The translations under genes and the position numbers were made by a program. From NCBI GenBank assembly GCA_033442325.1, contig JAWQFM010000014.1:1596468-1660467 (forward strand): a DNA stretch of 64,000 bases. Direction: 5' to 3'. The notes beneath the pieces were generated by a model that was not told where the DNA came from, made no database searches, and saw only the letters and a program-made list of their open reading frames with translations. Positions 18,440 through 31,279 of the stretch are shown here, piece after piece (positions within the stretch are counted from its first letter, which is position 1; every line of letters starts with the position of its first letter). This DNA is from Salpingoeca rosetta. Lineage: Eukaryota; Protista; Choanoflagellata.

Positions 18440-18712
18440 NNNNNNNNNNNNNNNNNNNNNNNNNNNNNNNNNNNNNNNNNNNNNNNNNNNNNNNNNNNNN
18501 NNNNNNNNNNNNNNNNNNNNNNNNNNNNNNNNNNNNNNNNNNNNNNNNNNNNNNNNNNNNNNNNNNNNNNNNNNNNNNNNNNNNNNNNNNNNNNNNNNNN
18601 NNNNNNNNNNNNNNNNNNNNNNNNNNNNNNNNNNNNNNNNNNNNNNNNNNNNNNNNNNNNNNNNNNNNNNNNNNNNNNNNNNNNNNNNNNNNNNNNNNNN
18701 NNNNNNNNNNNN
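18440..18712. other. Assembly gap (273 N)
   Basis: Run of N flanked by CA/GT microsatellites. Confidence 1.
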
Positions 18713-18855
18713 TGTGTGTGAGGCGAGAAGTGGTGGAAGACACTTTGCAGCTTTGAATGAGTGTGTTGGATTGCCTGCAAGCAACCATGCATGAGTCGTG
18801 GTCTTTCACTCCTCCGCACACTCGCTAACGCGCCCTTGTTGTCCCATGACCATAT

Positions 18856-18944
<89 letters not shown>

Positions 18945-18949
18945 AATAG

Positions 18950-19673
18950 TTCCGTGTGGCGACCTGTGCTATGACCAGGTGGCTGACGCCGTGATTGAGT
19001 TTGAGGAGGCCGTGGCGCAGGAGTCGCTGGAGCTGGATGCCATCGACCTGCCAGCGGCCGAGGCATACACGAGCTTCGACGACGCCTTTCAGGACCAGCG
19101 CAACCTCATCCAGGAGCAAGGCGATGTGCTGGGGACCTTCACCGACCGCCACACCAGCCTCCTCGACCAGCTGCAGAGCATGCAGGCGACGATGCAATTC
19201 TTCTCGGAGTCCCGCCTGGCGCAGGCGCAGGTGCTGCTCTCCGACGCCAACGAGCTGCAGGCGCAGATCAACGCACGCATCGATGCCATCGCCCCTACCC
19301 TCAATGCCATCATGTCGGATGTGTCGCGCGCCTCCAGCCGCGAGGTCCGCGCAGAGGATTTCCGCGACGCCGCAAACGCCATCGTCGCCGCTTCCACCTC
19401 GGACCTGGCAGACATCCAAACAATGCACCCGCAGGTGAACGAGACGCTGTCAACGGCGCTGTCCATTCACGCGGAAGCTCAGGCTGCGGACGACTGTGTG
19501 CAGGAGGGCGTGGCGTCCGCCACAGACCTCCACGATTCCCTGCGCTCCCAGGTATCCTCGCTTGCGTCCCACGTGTCGCTCGCCCAGCAGGACCGCCAAG
19601 AGGCCCAGGAGGAGGCCCTTCTCCTCCAATCCCGCCTCGACGACATGACCTCCGAGGTGTGTCTGTGTGTCTG

Positions 19674-19715
<42 letters not shown>

Positions 19716-21641
19716 TTTGCGTGTCTGTATTTGCCTCCATGTCTCTGTATGCGTGCGTCTGTGCTGGATCTTCATTCTTTCGTTTCCATTGTCTTGCTGT
19801 CTGTCTGTGCTGGGTGCTCTGACTGTCGTTTGCATCCCTGGCATGCGCCCGCATGTTTATTTGTTTGTTTCAACACTCACGCCACCACCGCCATCTTTTT
19901 TTTTTTTTTTTGAAGGTGTCGATGGCGACCAGCAACGCCAACCGCCTCGCTGGCGTGAGCACAGATACGACGAGCGAGAGCAGCCGTCTGTCTGCCGCCA
20001 CGTCCGCCAACAACGCGCAGGAAGTGGTCCCCCTTGATGGCGACTTGTCCTCGGAGATGTCCACGCTCTCTGCGGCGCAAGACGAGTTGGGCGAGCTGTC
20101 TTCGCAAGTCAGTGCTGCGCTCTCCACCACCGCGTCTCACACGGCACAGATTCAAGCAAACACGCAGCTTGCCAGCACCGCAGTGGCGCAGGTACGATGA
20201 CATGTGCATGCGTGCGTGTGTTTGTTTGTGTTTGTCTGTGTGTGTGTTTGTGTTTGTTTGTGTGTGTCTGTGTTTTGTGTATCTGTACCTGTGTCTGTGT
20301 GTGTATATGTGTGTGTCTGTGTCTGTGTGTCTGTGTGTCTATGTGTCTCTTTGTGCGGATGTGTGGATGTCTTTGTTTGTGGCGACGTTGTAATCGACAG
20401 CCTCACGCTTCATCCCCTTTACCATTTTTTACCGCCTTCTCAACACACCCACCCACAACCATGCACACGTGCACAGGTGACCACGCTGGTTGCTGAGGCG
20501 AGCCTGCTGCAGGCCATGTGCGACAACGCAACCGATGTCGTTTCGCAGACGGCGGCAAGCGTGTCCGCAGCCACAAGCATTGTCAACGCCAACACAGAAC
20601 GCCTCAGCGTGGCTTCGACCACCGCTGCCACTGCCGCTTCAAGCCTCAGCGCCGTCTCATCAAAGGTGTGTGTGTGTGCGTGTGTGTGTGTGTGTCTGTG
20701 TGTGTGTGTCTGTGTGTGTGTGTGTGTTTGGGGCTCTCCATGGAACTGTTGAGATGCTACTTGTGATATCAACACCCAAGTTGCTATTGCGGTCCCGTTT
20801 CAAAGCGTACCGCGACGCACATTAATGCTCACAAACAATCTTTACACACATGTGCGGTTGTACAGGCCGTTGCGCGTGGTGCGGACCTTGCTGAGCTGCA
20901 GGCGGAGCGGATGAACGCGCAGTCGTCACTGTCGAGCGCAATTGCGTCGAGCGAGAGCATCCACGCCCGAATTACGGATGTGCAGGGTGTGGTCAGCGGC
21001 AACGAGATGCGCGTTGCGTCCGTGGAGATGAACGCAGCAGCGCGGTCCAGCGAGGTGGCGAGTGCAACCGCAGATGCCGCCGCCACTCTCACGCGCGCAG
21101 CGACAGACCAGGCGCAGTGGTGTGCACTCCGCGACGCAGTGCTTGGCGTGCGGTTGGATGTGGGCGAGCTGTCATCAGCTGTTGCGCAATACTCCCAACT
21201 GGCCTCTGCCGCCACCGAACAACTCAGGTTTGTGTGTATGTGTTTGTGTGTATGTGTGTGTGTGTCTGTGTTGTCTGTGTCTGTGTCTGTGTCTGTCTGT
21301 GTCTGTGTCTGTCTTGTGTCTGTGTGTGTCTGTGTGTTGTCTGTGTGTCTGTGTGTGTTATGTGCTTGCAGTCTTGGCACAACCCCCTTCCCCCGCCCTA
21401 CCGCAGTCATTTCACTCACATCGACCAACAATGCTCTCTGCGCCATCCCCCTGCGTGCAGCACGCTTGCCTCTGCCCTGGAGGTTGCGGACGGCGTGGTG
21501 TCGGCCAATGCTGATGCGCTCTCCACCAACACGGCCGCCCTGTCCGACCGGGAAGCGTCCGTGGTGTCGCTTGAGGACCGTCTGAGTGCTGCTGCCTCCT
21601 CCATCCAGTGCCTGCCCAACGTCTGCTTCCTTGACTTCTGA
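18950..21641 (+). CDS. Laminin gamma/beta-like chain, C-terminal coiled-coil region (5'-partial; exons 18950-19656, 19916-20191, 20477-20665, 20866-21227, 21461-21641)
   Basis: Begins (x)PCGDLCYDQVADAVIEFEEAV, resembling the CxxCY junction between the last LE module and the coiled coil of laminin gamma. About 570 aa of heptad-like Ala/Ser/Leu/Gln helix follow. Ends LEDRLSAAASSIQCLPNVCFLDF*, resembling the laminin gamma terminus LPxxCF. All splice phases are consistent. Confidence 0.65.
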
Positions 21642-22059
21642 GTTGGAACGAAGAAGCAACATACGTGCCTGTCATTTGTGTGTGTGTGTGTGTGTCCGTG
21701 TCCGTGTGTGTGTGTGTTTTGTGTGTTTTGTGTGTTTGTGTTGTGCATGCATACAAGGTTTCCAGCCTTGCGTGTTCGCACCTTCCTATGGCTTCTGCCA
21801 CAAAGTAAATGCGAGACATGCATGCCTGCAGGCAAACACCCACAAATTCAATCGCTGGTGATAACATGGACAACCAGTCATGCGCCAAACGTCACTTGTA
21901 ACACACACCCATGTGCCACGCTTGCTCGCACCACACAACGTATCCATGCCATTGACAATAGTTTTTGCAGCTTTGTTGTTTAAAATCGTGTCGAACAAGA
22001 AACGTCTCGTTTCGTTCAGCATCACGCACGCGTGACGCTTTTCCTTCACCAAACTCTTG

Positions 22060-24029
22060 TCATCGTACGCTGCTGCCCTGCGCCACACATGTAATCTCAG
22101 CACGACCAACACAAAGCTCACCAGCATAAAATACTGCGTACTGGCCTGGTGTCACGCCTCGAATCACCTGCCCACACTCCACCACCCCGCACAGCCGCCC
22201 ACGCTGTGCTTGCTCGCGTGTGTCCCGTTCCCACTGCTCCTCGCCAACACATCCATGGCTGGCACCGTACTTCCCGGGCAACGCCCCATCGTTAGCATCC
22301 ACGGCATCACGCGCATCGCTTGCATCACCGTCGGCGTCGCCACGCACGTGAAGTTTGGCAGCAACAAGCGGTGCTCTGTGCCGTACCCGCACCGTCATTG
22401 CACCCCACTGCCAGTGCTCCTGCTGCTCCTGCTGCTCACCGCTACAGCCAACAGCACCACCATGATCATCAGCTGCAAGTGCCTGGCCACTGGCCACCAT
22501 CGCGGCAACACGTGGCGAGGACCAGGTGAGCTCCCCCACGCCAAACCGCGCGCTGTACAGGAGCGGGTGCTGATCGCCAGGTGCCACATACACCGTGTGC
22601 GTGGACATGTCCTTGCCGACGACAAAGTAGGGTTGCGGACACCCGGCGACGCGTGCGCCCTGCCCCATTGTCAGCAGCATCGCAGACTGGCCCTGGCCAA
22701 CACACGCCCCCGTCTCCACGTCCACAAACTGGCCCGCAAGCGACGCGGCTGTGTACGACGAGAGAAAGTGTGCAAACTTGCGCTTGCCGACAAAGCACAT
22801 GCCCATGCTCTCCTTCTGCTCCGCCAGCTCTGGGAAGCCGAGGTTGCGTGCATATGCCTTGACGTCTGCCTTGTGCATGTGTCCGATGGGAAACAGGACG
22901 TGGGCCAGGCGCTGGCTCGGGGTTCCCGCCAGGAAGTACGTCTGGTCCTTGTGTGCATCCACTGCTCGTCGCAGCAGCGTCACGCCACGTTGGCGCTGCT
23001 GCTGTTGTTGTTGCTGTTGTTGTTGCGGCTGCTGCTGCTGTTGTTTTTCTTGGTGCAGATCCTGTGTGTGGAGGCTGTCACTGTTGATGGTGGTGGTGCG
23101 GGCATAGTGGCCGGTGGCCACCCAGTCAAAGCCAAGGTTTCTCACGTAGTCGTAGAAGGCATCAAACTTGATGTGCGCATTGCACAGGACATCAGGATTG
23201 GGCGTGATGCCGGCCTCATAGGCATGCACAGTCGGCCTGGCAACGTGTTGTTGATGGAAATGTCACAGTGGATACATGCACTGGTGACCTGGAAGGAGGG
23301 CGTGCAAGGGAGTGATCACTGCATCAACGGCACAGACACAGGGCCAATACAATGCACTCACACACAATAACTCGCACACACACTCACGTAAACACGTCGT
23401 TCCAGTAATCGGCAACGAAATCCACACGCTGGCAAGGGATACTCAGCCTGTTACATATTCTCTGCACGCTGGCATACTCTGCCTCGCTCGTGCAAACATT
23501 CCTTTCTTCCTTCTCATCCCAATTCCTCATGAAGAAGCCATGCACGTCCCAGCCTGTGCAGGTGTGTGCGTGTGTGCACATGTGCACATGTGAGTGTGTG
23601 CACATGTGTGTGTGTGTGTACATGTGTGGGTATCGCTGTGTGAGACCATTTGCATGACAACACAAGCATGCACAAGCACACATGCACACGCACACATGTA
23701 CACACGCATAAGCACGCACGCACACGCACGCACACACGCACACTCACACACACTGACATGCACACGCACATGCACACGCACATGCACACGCACGCATTCA
23801 CAAGCACACATTTACCTTGTTGTTTGAGGAGGGCGGCTGCCACGGTTGAATCCACGCCACCAGACATGCCAACAGCGACGCGGCCGTGCCATCGTCGAGC
23901 TATCCTTGCACCGACGGAGGCAGCAGCTGTGGCTCGAGGGGTAGTGGCAGCGGCACGGCCACAGCTGCACCGCCTGGCTGCAGCGTGCGAGGAGACACCA
24001 ACAAGCCGTGCTGCCCTCGTCGCCTGCAT
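22060..24029 (-). CDS. TRMU: Mitochondrial tRNA-specific 2-thiouridylase (MnmA/TRMU)
   Basis: Arg/Ala-rich presequence-like N-terminus, PP-loop VAVGMSGGVDSTVAA, FMRNWD, TPNPDVLCNAHIKF, VATGHYA, KDQTYFL, KESMGMCFVG, VTPGQYAVFY. Three exons. Confidence 0.95.
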
Positions 24030-24117
24030 CGTGGTCGTTTTGCCAATTGCAACTGCAGTGAATTGCAATTTGCAAAGTACCGGCGCTTGTTTTTGTTGTT
24101 GGAGCAAACGAACAAGG

Positions 24118-24637
24118 ATGAGTGGCTGGTGAGTGTGCTGGCTGGTGGTCTGTGTGTGTGTTTGTGTTTGTGTTTTGTGGCCGTGGTCTGTGGCCATCAT
24201 GACTGTGGTCGTGGCGGTGGACTGCCCTGATCCCTCTGCCTCGTGTGTCGCAACCACAAGAAACAAACCCTGTGCACATGGAAAAGCTTGACAGTGGACT
24301 CACATCACACATCACATCACCTCACAAACACACATGCGTTCACTGGCCAGGACGTTTCGTGTGCGCGATTACGCGCAGGAAGCTGCACAGTCTGCACTGC
24401 CGCGAGAAGATGCCACCAACGACCACCCTTTGCTTCGCCAGCAGCCACAGGTACGCGTGTGTCGTTGTTGCGAGGGGGTATCGTTCTTTACCTGTGCCAT
24501 CTTCGTCTTCGGGTGTCTGGTTGAGGGGTTGAATGGGGCTCTCGTGTTGACATTTGCTGTCGCTTCTGCCATGCCTCACCATCAACTTGTGCATGTGCAC
24601 TGCAACTTGGGCCTCTCCATTAGGCGACCCGCGCAAC

Positions 24638-24720
<83 letters not shown>

Positions 24721-27700
24721 GGGGAGGGGGCAGAAATGTGTGCAAGTGGCGGCGTGCGTCTCTTCTGTCGTTCGTTCTGCGCATGGGTTTTGTCGGTTTT
24801 GCTTGTGGTCACGCTCCTCTCCCCTGTCCCTCACATGTTGTGATGGCCCTTCCTTGTGCAGCTACTACTGCCAGCGCATCCACTGCAGCCACAACACCGA
24901 CGGCCACGCAGTCTGTGAGCGACGATCCCCTCGCAGGTAATCGTCGCACGCAAGGGTCAAGTTCAACACCCTCCACCCCAATCCCATCTCTCGCTCATTC
25001 CTTGTGTTATCGCGGTGCCTTCAACAAACATACGCACACTCACTCACTCCACTCCACTCCACACACACACACTCATTCACTCACTCACTCACTCACACAC
25101 TCATTCACTCACTCACACACACACACTCACTCACTCACTCACTCACACACACACACACACACACTCACTCACTCACTCACTCATTCACTCACTCACACAC
25201 ACACACACACACACTCACTCACTCACTCACACACTCACTCACACACACACACTCACACACACACACTCTCTCTCACTTGCACAAACTCACGTACATACAC
25301 GCACAGACCCGCTGTCTGCTGTTGAGGATGACCCACTGGCGTCGTCGGAAACGCCGCACGCAACCACGGGTCTGTACTCTGCCGCTGGGGAGATGGACGA
25401 ATCCTTTGAGCCGTGGGAGTGCAAGGTGCCCGGTATCCTTGCACGCTACACCACCAGCGAGAAGCTCAGCCTGGCCTCCAACATGCTCGGGGGTAAAGGC
25501 CCCAGCATGAGTGGCGACACCATGAGCGACAAGGTGCACAGTTCTGTGTGTGTGTTGGTGTGTGTGTGTGTGTTGGTGTGTGTGTGTTGTGTGTTGCGTG
25601 TTGCGTGTTGCGTGTGTTGTGTTATGTTGTGATGTGCATGCCTACCCGCGTGCTCTCTGCCCCATTCACCTGTTTCATCTACGACTACCACAGCAAGCTG
25701 ACCACATCCCCCAATGACCAACACCACCGCCTGCAGGTGAAGAGCCGGCTTGAGGAGCTCGAGGGCGACGAGGAGCAGGAGTTGGACGAGTTGACGCAGC
25801 AGGAGTTTGTTGCGCGCATCGAGAAGCTGTCACGCGACCTCACCGTCGCGTGGAAGAAGGAGCAGCGCGTCAACGCCATCAAGCTCGTCATCCAGGTGCC
25901 CGCCCGCGTTTTGCCTTGTGTCTGTCTGTGTCTGTGTCTGTGTCTGTGTCTGTGTCTGTGTGTGTGTCTGTGTCTGTGTCTGTGTCTGTGTGCGTGTGTG
26001 CCTTTGCCTACTTGCTTGTGCAAAACATATCCCCGTCTTAACATCCTTCCTTCCCACCACCACTTTCCTTCCCTCCTTCCCCCCCCCCCACAAACCAGTC
26101 CTCGAAGCTGCTTGGCAAGACAGAGGTGCTCAAGTTCTACCCGTCCAAGTTTGTGCTTATCAGCAACATTCTGGACACCTTTGGCGACCTCGTGTACGGG
26201 CGTCTCGTGGCCAAGGCAAATGAGTCCTTTGCACAGCAGGGCAGGCGCGCGAAGCTCCCCGTCGACTTCACCCCAGATATGGTGCGTACAGCGGAAGTAT
26301 ATGTGTGTGTGTGCGTGTGTGTGTGTGTGTGCGTGTGTGTGTGTTGGGGGATTTGATGAGGAGGGGCATGAGGACGGTGATTGATGCGCTTTTTGTTGCC
26401 TGCACTCCTCTGTACCTTCCTCACTCACGCATACACACACACGTGTACACACACGCGCGCGCACGCACGCACGTCCACAAACTGCCCACCGCTGCGGTGT
26501 GCAGGTGCCGCCAGGGGCGCGCGAGATCTGCCAGAACTGGTTCTTCAAAGTTGCGTCGATCCGTGAGCTGCTGCCACGCATCCTCGTGGAGACAGCCATG
26601 CTCAACTCATACCGCTTTCTCGGCGCAATGTACGATGTCCAAGCCCCTCATGGTGGTGTCAAGGTGGCAGTCGCCGTGATGTGGACACGAACGCAATCAC
26701 ATATGTACACATGTGTGCATCGCCTGCGTACTTCGTCTCATTCACGCCATTATCCCGTCATTTTGTCTCACCATCACCTCATCTCTTTCCCCCTCCTCCT
26801 TCAACAGCGACATTGACGCCACGTTGACGCGTCTCACCTCCCAGATCCGCGGCGTGGGCGACCCCCTCGTCGCAGCGTACTGCAGATGCTACCTTGCCAG
26901 GGTCAGTGCTTGCAGGCAACCGCTCGCTGGGACGCAGCTTGCATCGGGTCATTTGTCACACCATGTATCGTTCAAAGTACTTCCTGTGCTTCCTCCAGCA
27001 CTCACCATTGTCACACACACACACGTAACACACACGTAACACACACATAACACACACACACACACAAATACACACACACACGTAACACACCACACCACAC
27101 CACACCACACCGCTCGGTGCAGGTTGCTGTGCGGGTTGCGCCACGTGCGCGTGCGTTCCTGATGCCGCTGTTCCGGGACCTGATGGCGACAATGAAGCAG
27201 GTGTCGACAGACCACGTGCGGCGGCAGCTCAAGGAGCAGCGCATCAGCACGGGCGAATACATGCACATCTTCAGCCCCGCCATTGACTGGATCATGCAGT
27301 GCGTCGCTCACAAGGTCGGATGCTGTCCATGGGTGGTGATGGTGGTGGTGGTGAACTGCGTTGTCTGTGGCAATGCGTCACTTCCGTGTCAATGCCCTCC
27401 ATTTCAAGCACACACACACGCATACACACACACATACACACACACACGCACGCACGCTCTCTCTCCCCCTCCCTCTGCCTCACCAACATCATCATCGCCA
27501 TCATCGCCATAACCACCGTATCGCCAATTCCCCCACCAAAGGCTGATGCTGCGACGCTGCGAGAGATTATGGACACGTGCCAGGCGAACAAGGGCTCGTC
27601 TGTCCTTCTCAACGCCGTCATCGCCTCCTTCCCAACGGGATATGTCTCCCGCAGGTGATCTAACTCGTGCTTGCAATACATGCTCGTGGCTACTTGAATT

Positions 27701-29002
27701 GTTGACTTGCTTGACTTGTTTTGCGCGTGGGTCCTCACAGTTGGTATCAGCTTCACCCATAATCTCAACCTCGCTCACACCGCACACCACCGCACAACAC
27801 CACTCCCCACCCTCCCTCCGTTGTGTTGTCGTCGTTGCCACCATCACCATCGCCAGGGCGACGCAGTTCATCTCGCTGATCAAGGAGGCACCGGACACGG
27901 GACTGCCAAAGTTCCAACTCTTCCGCACGCTCGGCCTCAACGTGTGCATGAGCCCGCCCCCGGACCAGGACAGGAAGGCAATCCTCAACGAGGTGGGGTG
28001 GCGTGTTTGCTTGTCTGTGTGTGTTTGCTTGTCTGTGTGTGTGTCTGTCTGTCTTGTGTGTCTTATGCGTCTGTGTGTCTCGTGTGTCTTACGTGTCTGT
28101 ATGTCTTGTGTGCGTGTGTGCGCGTGTATCTCAAGTCATTGCCCGCTCATTCTCATCCTCATCACCATTCACCACCCCCCGCCCCCAACCCCGCCACCAC
28201 CATCAGGTGTGGAATGCGGTGACGAAGCTTGATGCGCCGGACGAGTATGTGGCGTGTGCAGAGGCGTGGATTGCGTATCCAATCAAGTATTTCTCGCCAA
28301 AGCAGGTCAACACCATGCTCGGTGACATCGTTGCACACATGTCACGCGGGCGGGCGTACAGCCAGCACTACGGCCAACTCATGTCCATCCTCAGCAAGCT
28401 CCTCACACACATGCACGACTTCAGGTGCGCGCACGGTGATCATGGTGATTTGGTGATTTGGTGGTGCTGGTGATGATATGCGATTGGTGCATGGTTTGGT
28501 GTTTGTGCGTCTTTTGACTGAGTGGCGGTCACCTACTCACTGTGGTTTTATCGTCACACACACACACACGCGCACACACACGCATTCACACACACACATA
28601 CACACACGCACATACACGCACAAACACGCACACACGCGTCAGTGCGCTGTTTTCGATGGACAACTTCCTGCCGTTTATGGATCTATTCCAGGAAGCAGAG
28701 GTGAAGGCTGAGTCCGCCAAGAGCGTGATGGAGGCGTTTGCACAGCACCAGCGCGACGAGACAGCGGACCAGCTTGTCCTCAGTGGCATGATGTACCTGT
28801 GTAAAGTGGCACACGACTCGCTCAATGCAATGACGTTTGAGGATGAGCGGAAGCGGGTTGCCTCCCTCATCATCGCCTTCCTCACCAAGGTACGCCGCAC
28901 TCGTCACAGCTGTGCCGATGCGTGTGCCTAATGCATGCGTGGAAGCGTACAGACGCACCTACACGCGCACAAAACTCACATGTTTCTCTCCCTATCTCAC
29001 GT

Positions 29003-29056
<54 letters not shown>

Positions 29057-29497
29057 CACACACAACCGCACACAACCGCGCGCACGAGCAGGCTGCGTTT
29101 GGACGCAACTTTGAGGCTGCGCTCGAGTTCTTCGTGGAGGCGCGCGGGAACTTTTCGAATCTGGACGCTGTGCTGAAGTATGAGGTGCACCGGGTCAACG
29201 CACTCATTATGCAGACACACGCCATTGTCAAGGGGAAGCACAACAGGAAAACGTCGCAGTTTGTTCGCTCGTGCATCGCCTTCACCTTCATCACCATCCC
29301 CACCATCTCGGACTACATCATGCGCATCAAGCTGTATGTTGCGTCCGCGTGCGTCGCCATTGTGAACCACGCCCTCTCGCAAGCCGACGTCTTTGTCCAG
29401 GCGGCCATCGACCTCATCCCAGATCTTCCAGAACGCATCGATGTACGCTGCGCTGGGCATGTGCTTGTTTGTGCTTGTGTGCGTGTGTGTATAGAAC

Positions 29498-29548
<51 letters not shown>

Positions 29549-30405
29549 CGAGGTGGCTCGATATCCCCCTCAATCGCTGACGTCCCTGTCTGTCATCACT
29601 TCTGCTGCGCAGGTTGACATGACGATGGAGCTGATTGATCCGTTCATTGCAGACGGCGTTGAGACCATGGCCGGCGCCCTCCTGGTACAGGGAGAGAGAG
29701 AGAGAAGGGGAGAGAAGAAGGAGAAGGGGAGAGAGGAGGAGTGTGTGTGTGTGTGTTTGTTTGTTTTTGTTTGGGACAGCATACACACAACCCACTCCCA
29801 CCCCCCCCCCCCACACACACACACAACACACAACACACACATACACACACATCCACATGCTTGTGTGCGAACATTCACCACCCTCAACACCCCTCACTCC
29901 AACCCCTCCTTTTTTGCAACCACAGATGCTGCCTGATCATCCTGAGAAGGACCGGCTGTTCTTGCACAAGCACTTGTTTACCACGATCAAGGAGCGCGAA
30001 TGGTGGGTTGCTGTCCAATGGGGTGGGTGGAGGAGATGTTTCGAATTGCGATGGTGAAAGGGCTGAGGCGCACCACATCAAGGAATCGATCACAGAAGGA
30101 TAACTCCAACATCAGCCACGACCATTCTTTTCACATCTCTCGCATGCCATCACCGCCACCTCATCTGTGACAGGAAACGCCCTGAGTGCTATTGCCGTGC
30201 GCTGTTGTCCCTCATTCGCATGCTCGGCGGTCTTGCACAACCGTCCTACCTCTACGGCGCAGACGGCGGTGAGACGAAAAGCGATGATGATGCTCATGGT
30301 CGATGACAAGGTTTTGCCCGCAGGCAAACATGCTGTGCTGCTTTGCTTTCACACGTGCATTCCACACACACACACACACACACACACTCTCTCTCTCTCT
30401 CTCAC

Positions 30406-30442
<37 letters not shown>

Positions 30443-31165
30443 AACACATCCGTGCGTCTGCCTTGTCAGTTGAGGCGAACGATGCGCTGTATGCGTCGAG
30501 TCCCAAGTTCATGGGTGACGTGAGCACGATGACCAAAGCGGTGATTGAAGAGCTGTTTGCCGTCATGAAGGAGATGCCGCCTGGACAGGCAAAGACGGCC
30601 GCACTCTGCGACACCTTCGACACGTACGCGCACCCCTCCAAATAACCTGATGCTTTGTTGTGTGATTGGGAGGTGTTGATCTAGTGTGCTGCTGTTGATG
30701 CTGCGTTGTTGTGATCGACGGTGCTCGTCAAGTGTGCCACCTTGTGCTAATGTGCGCGTGTGCACGTGGTTGCCTGCAGGCTCGCGCGGACCGGCGATAT
30801 GCAACAGGCCGAGGCCGCGCAGCTGGCAGCAGACTTTGCTGTGCTTGCACGCAAGCAATCCAGCGACGCCTCCGTACGTTTTGTGTGTGTGTGTGTGTGT
30901 ATGTGCGTGCGTGTGTTTGTATGTGTTTGTGTGTGTGTGCGCGTGTGTGTGTGTCTGTGTGCTGGTGTATCTGTGTTCATGTGCTGGGGAGCGGCTTTGC
31001 ATGCAGTAACAAGTGGCACATGGTAATGGTTCTGCTTTTACTGATCCTGCACACACCACAAACAACACTCTTTTTCTCTTGCAGGTGCGCGTGCAACAAA
31101 CGCTGAGCGAGCTCACTCGTACCCACGTGCCCGGCGCTGAAGACCTGGCCCTCCTCTGCGCGTAG
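24118..31165 (+). CDS. VPS35L: VPS35 endosomal protein-sorting factor-like (Retriever subunit, C16orf62)
   Basis: MSGW|[11 protein letters not shown]...DHPL, DPL motifs, [116 protein letters not shown]. Stop TAG at 31163-31165. Confidence 0.93.
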
Positions 31166-31279
31166 CAACACACACATATGCACACACGCACATACACCTC
31201 GTTAACTCTTCCATCGATTGCTGCCTGTGGCCTGTTCTCGTCTTCGTTGCTTCGTTGCTGTTCTTGTTTCATGTGTGTG

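Noticed and set aside
22057-23370. 437-aa plus-strand ORF, and the similar antisense ORFs 38666-40378, 9772-10371 and 59162-60142
   Set aside because: Antisense shadows of GC-rich coding exons on the opposite strand, with no independent features.
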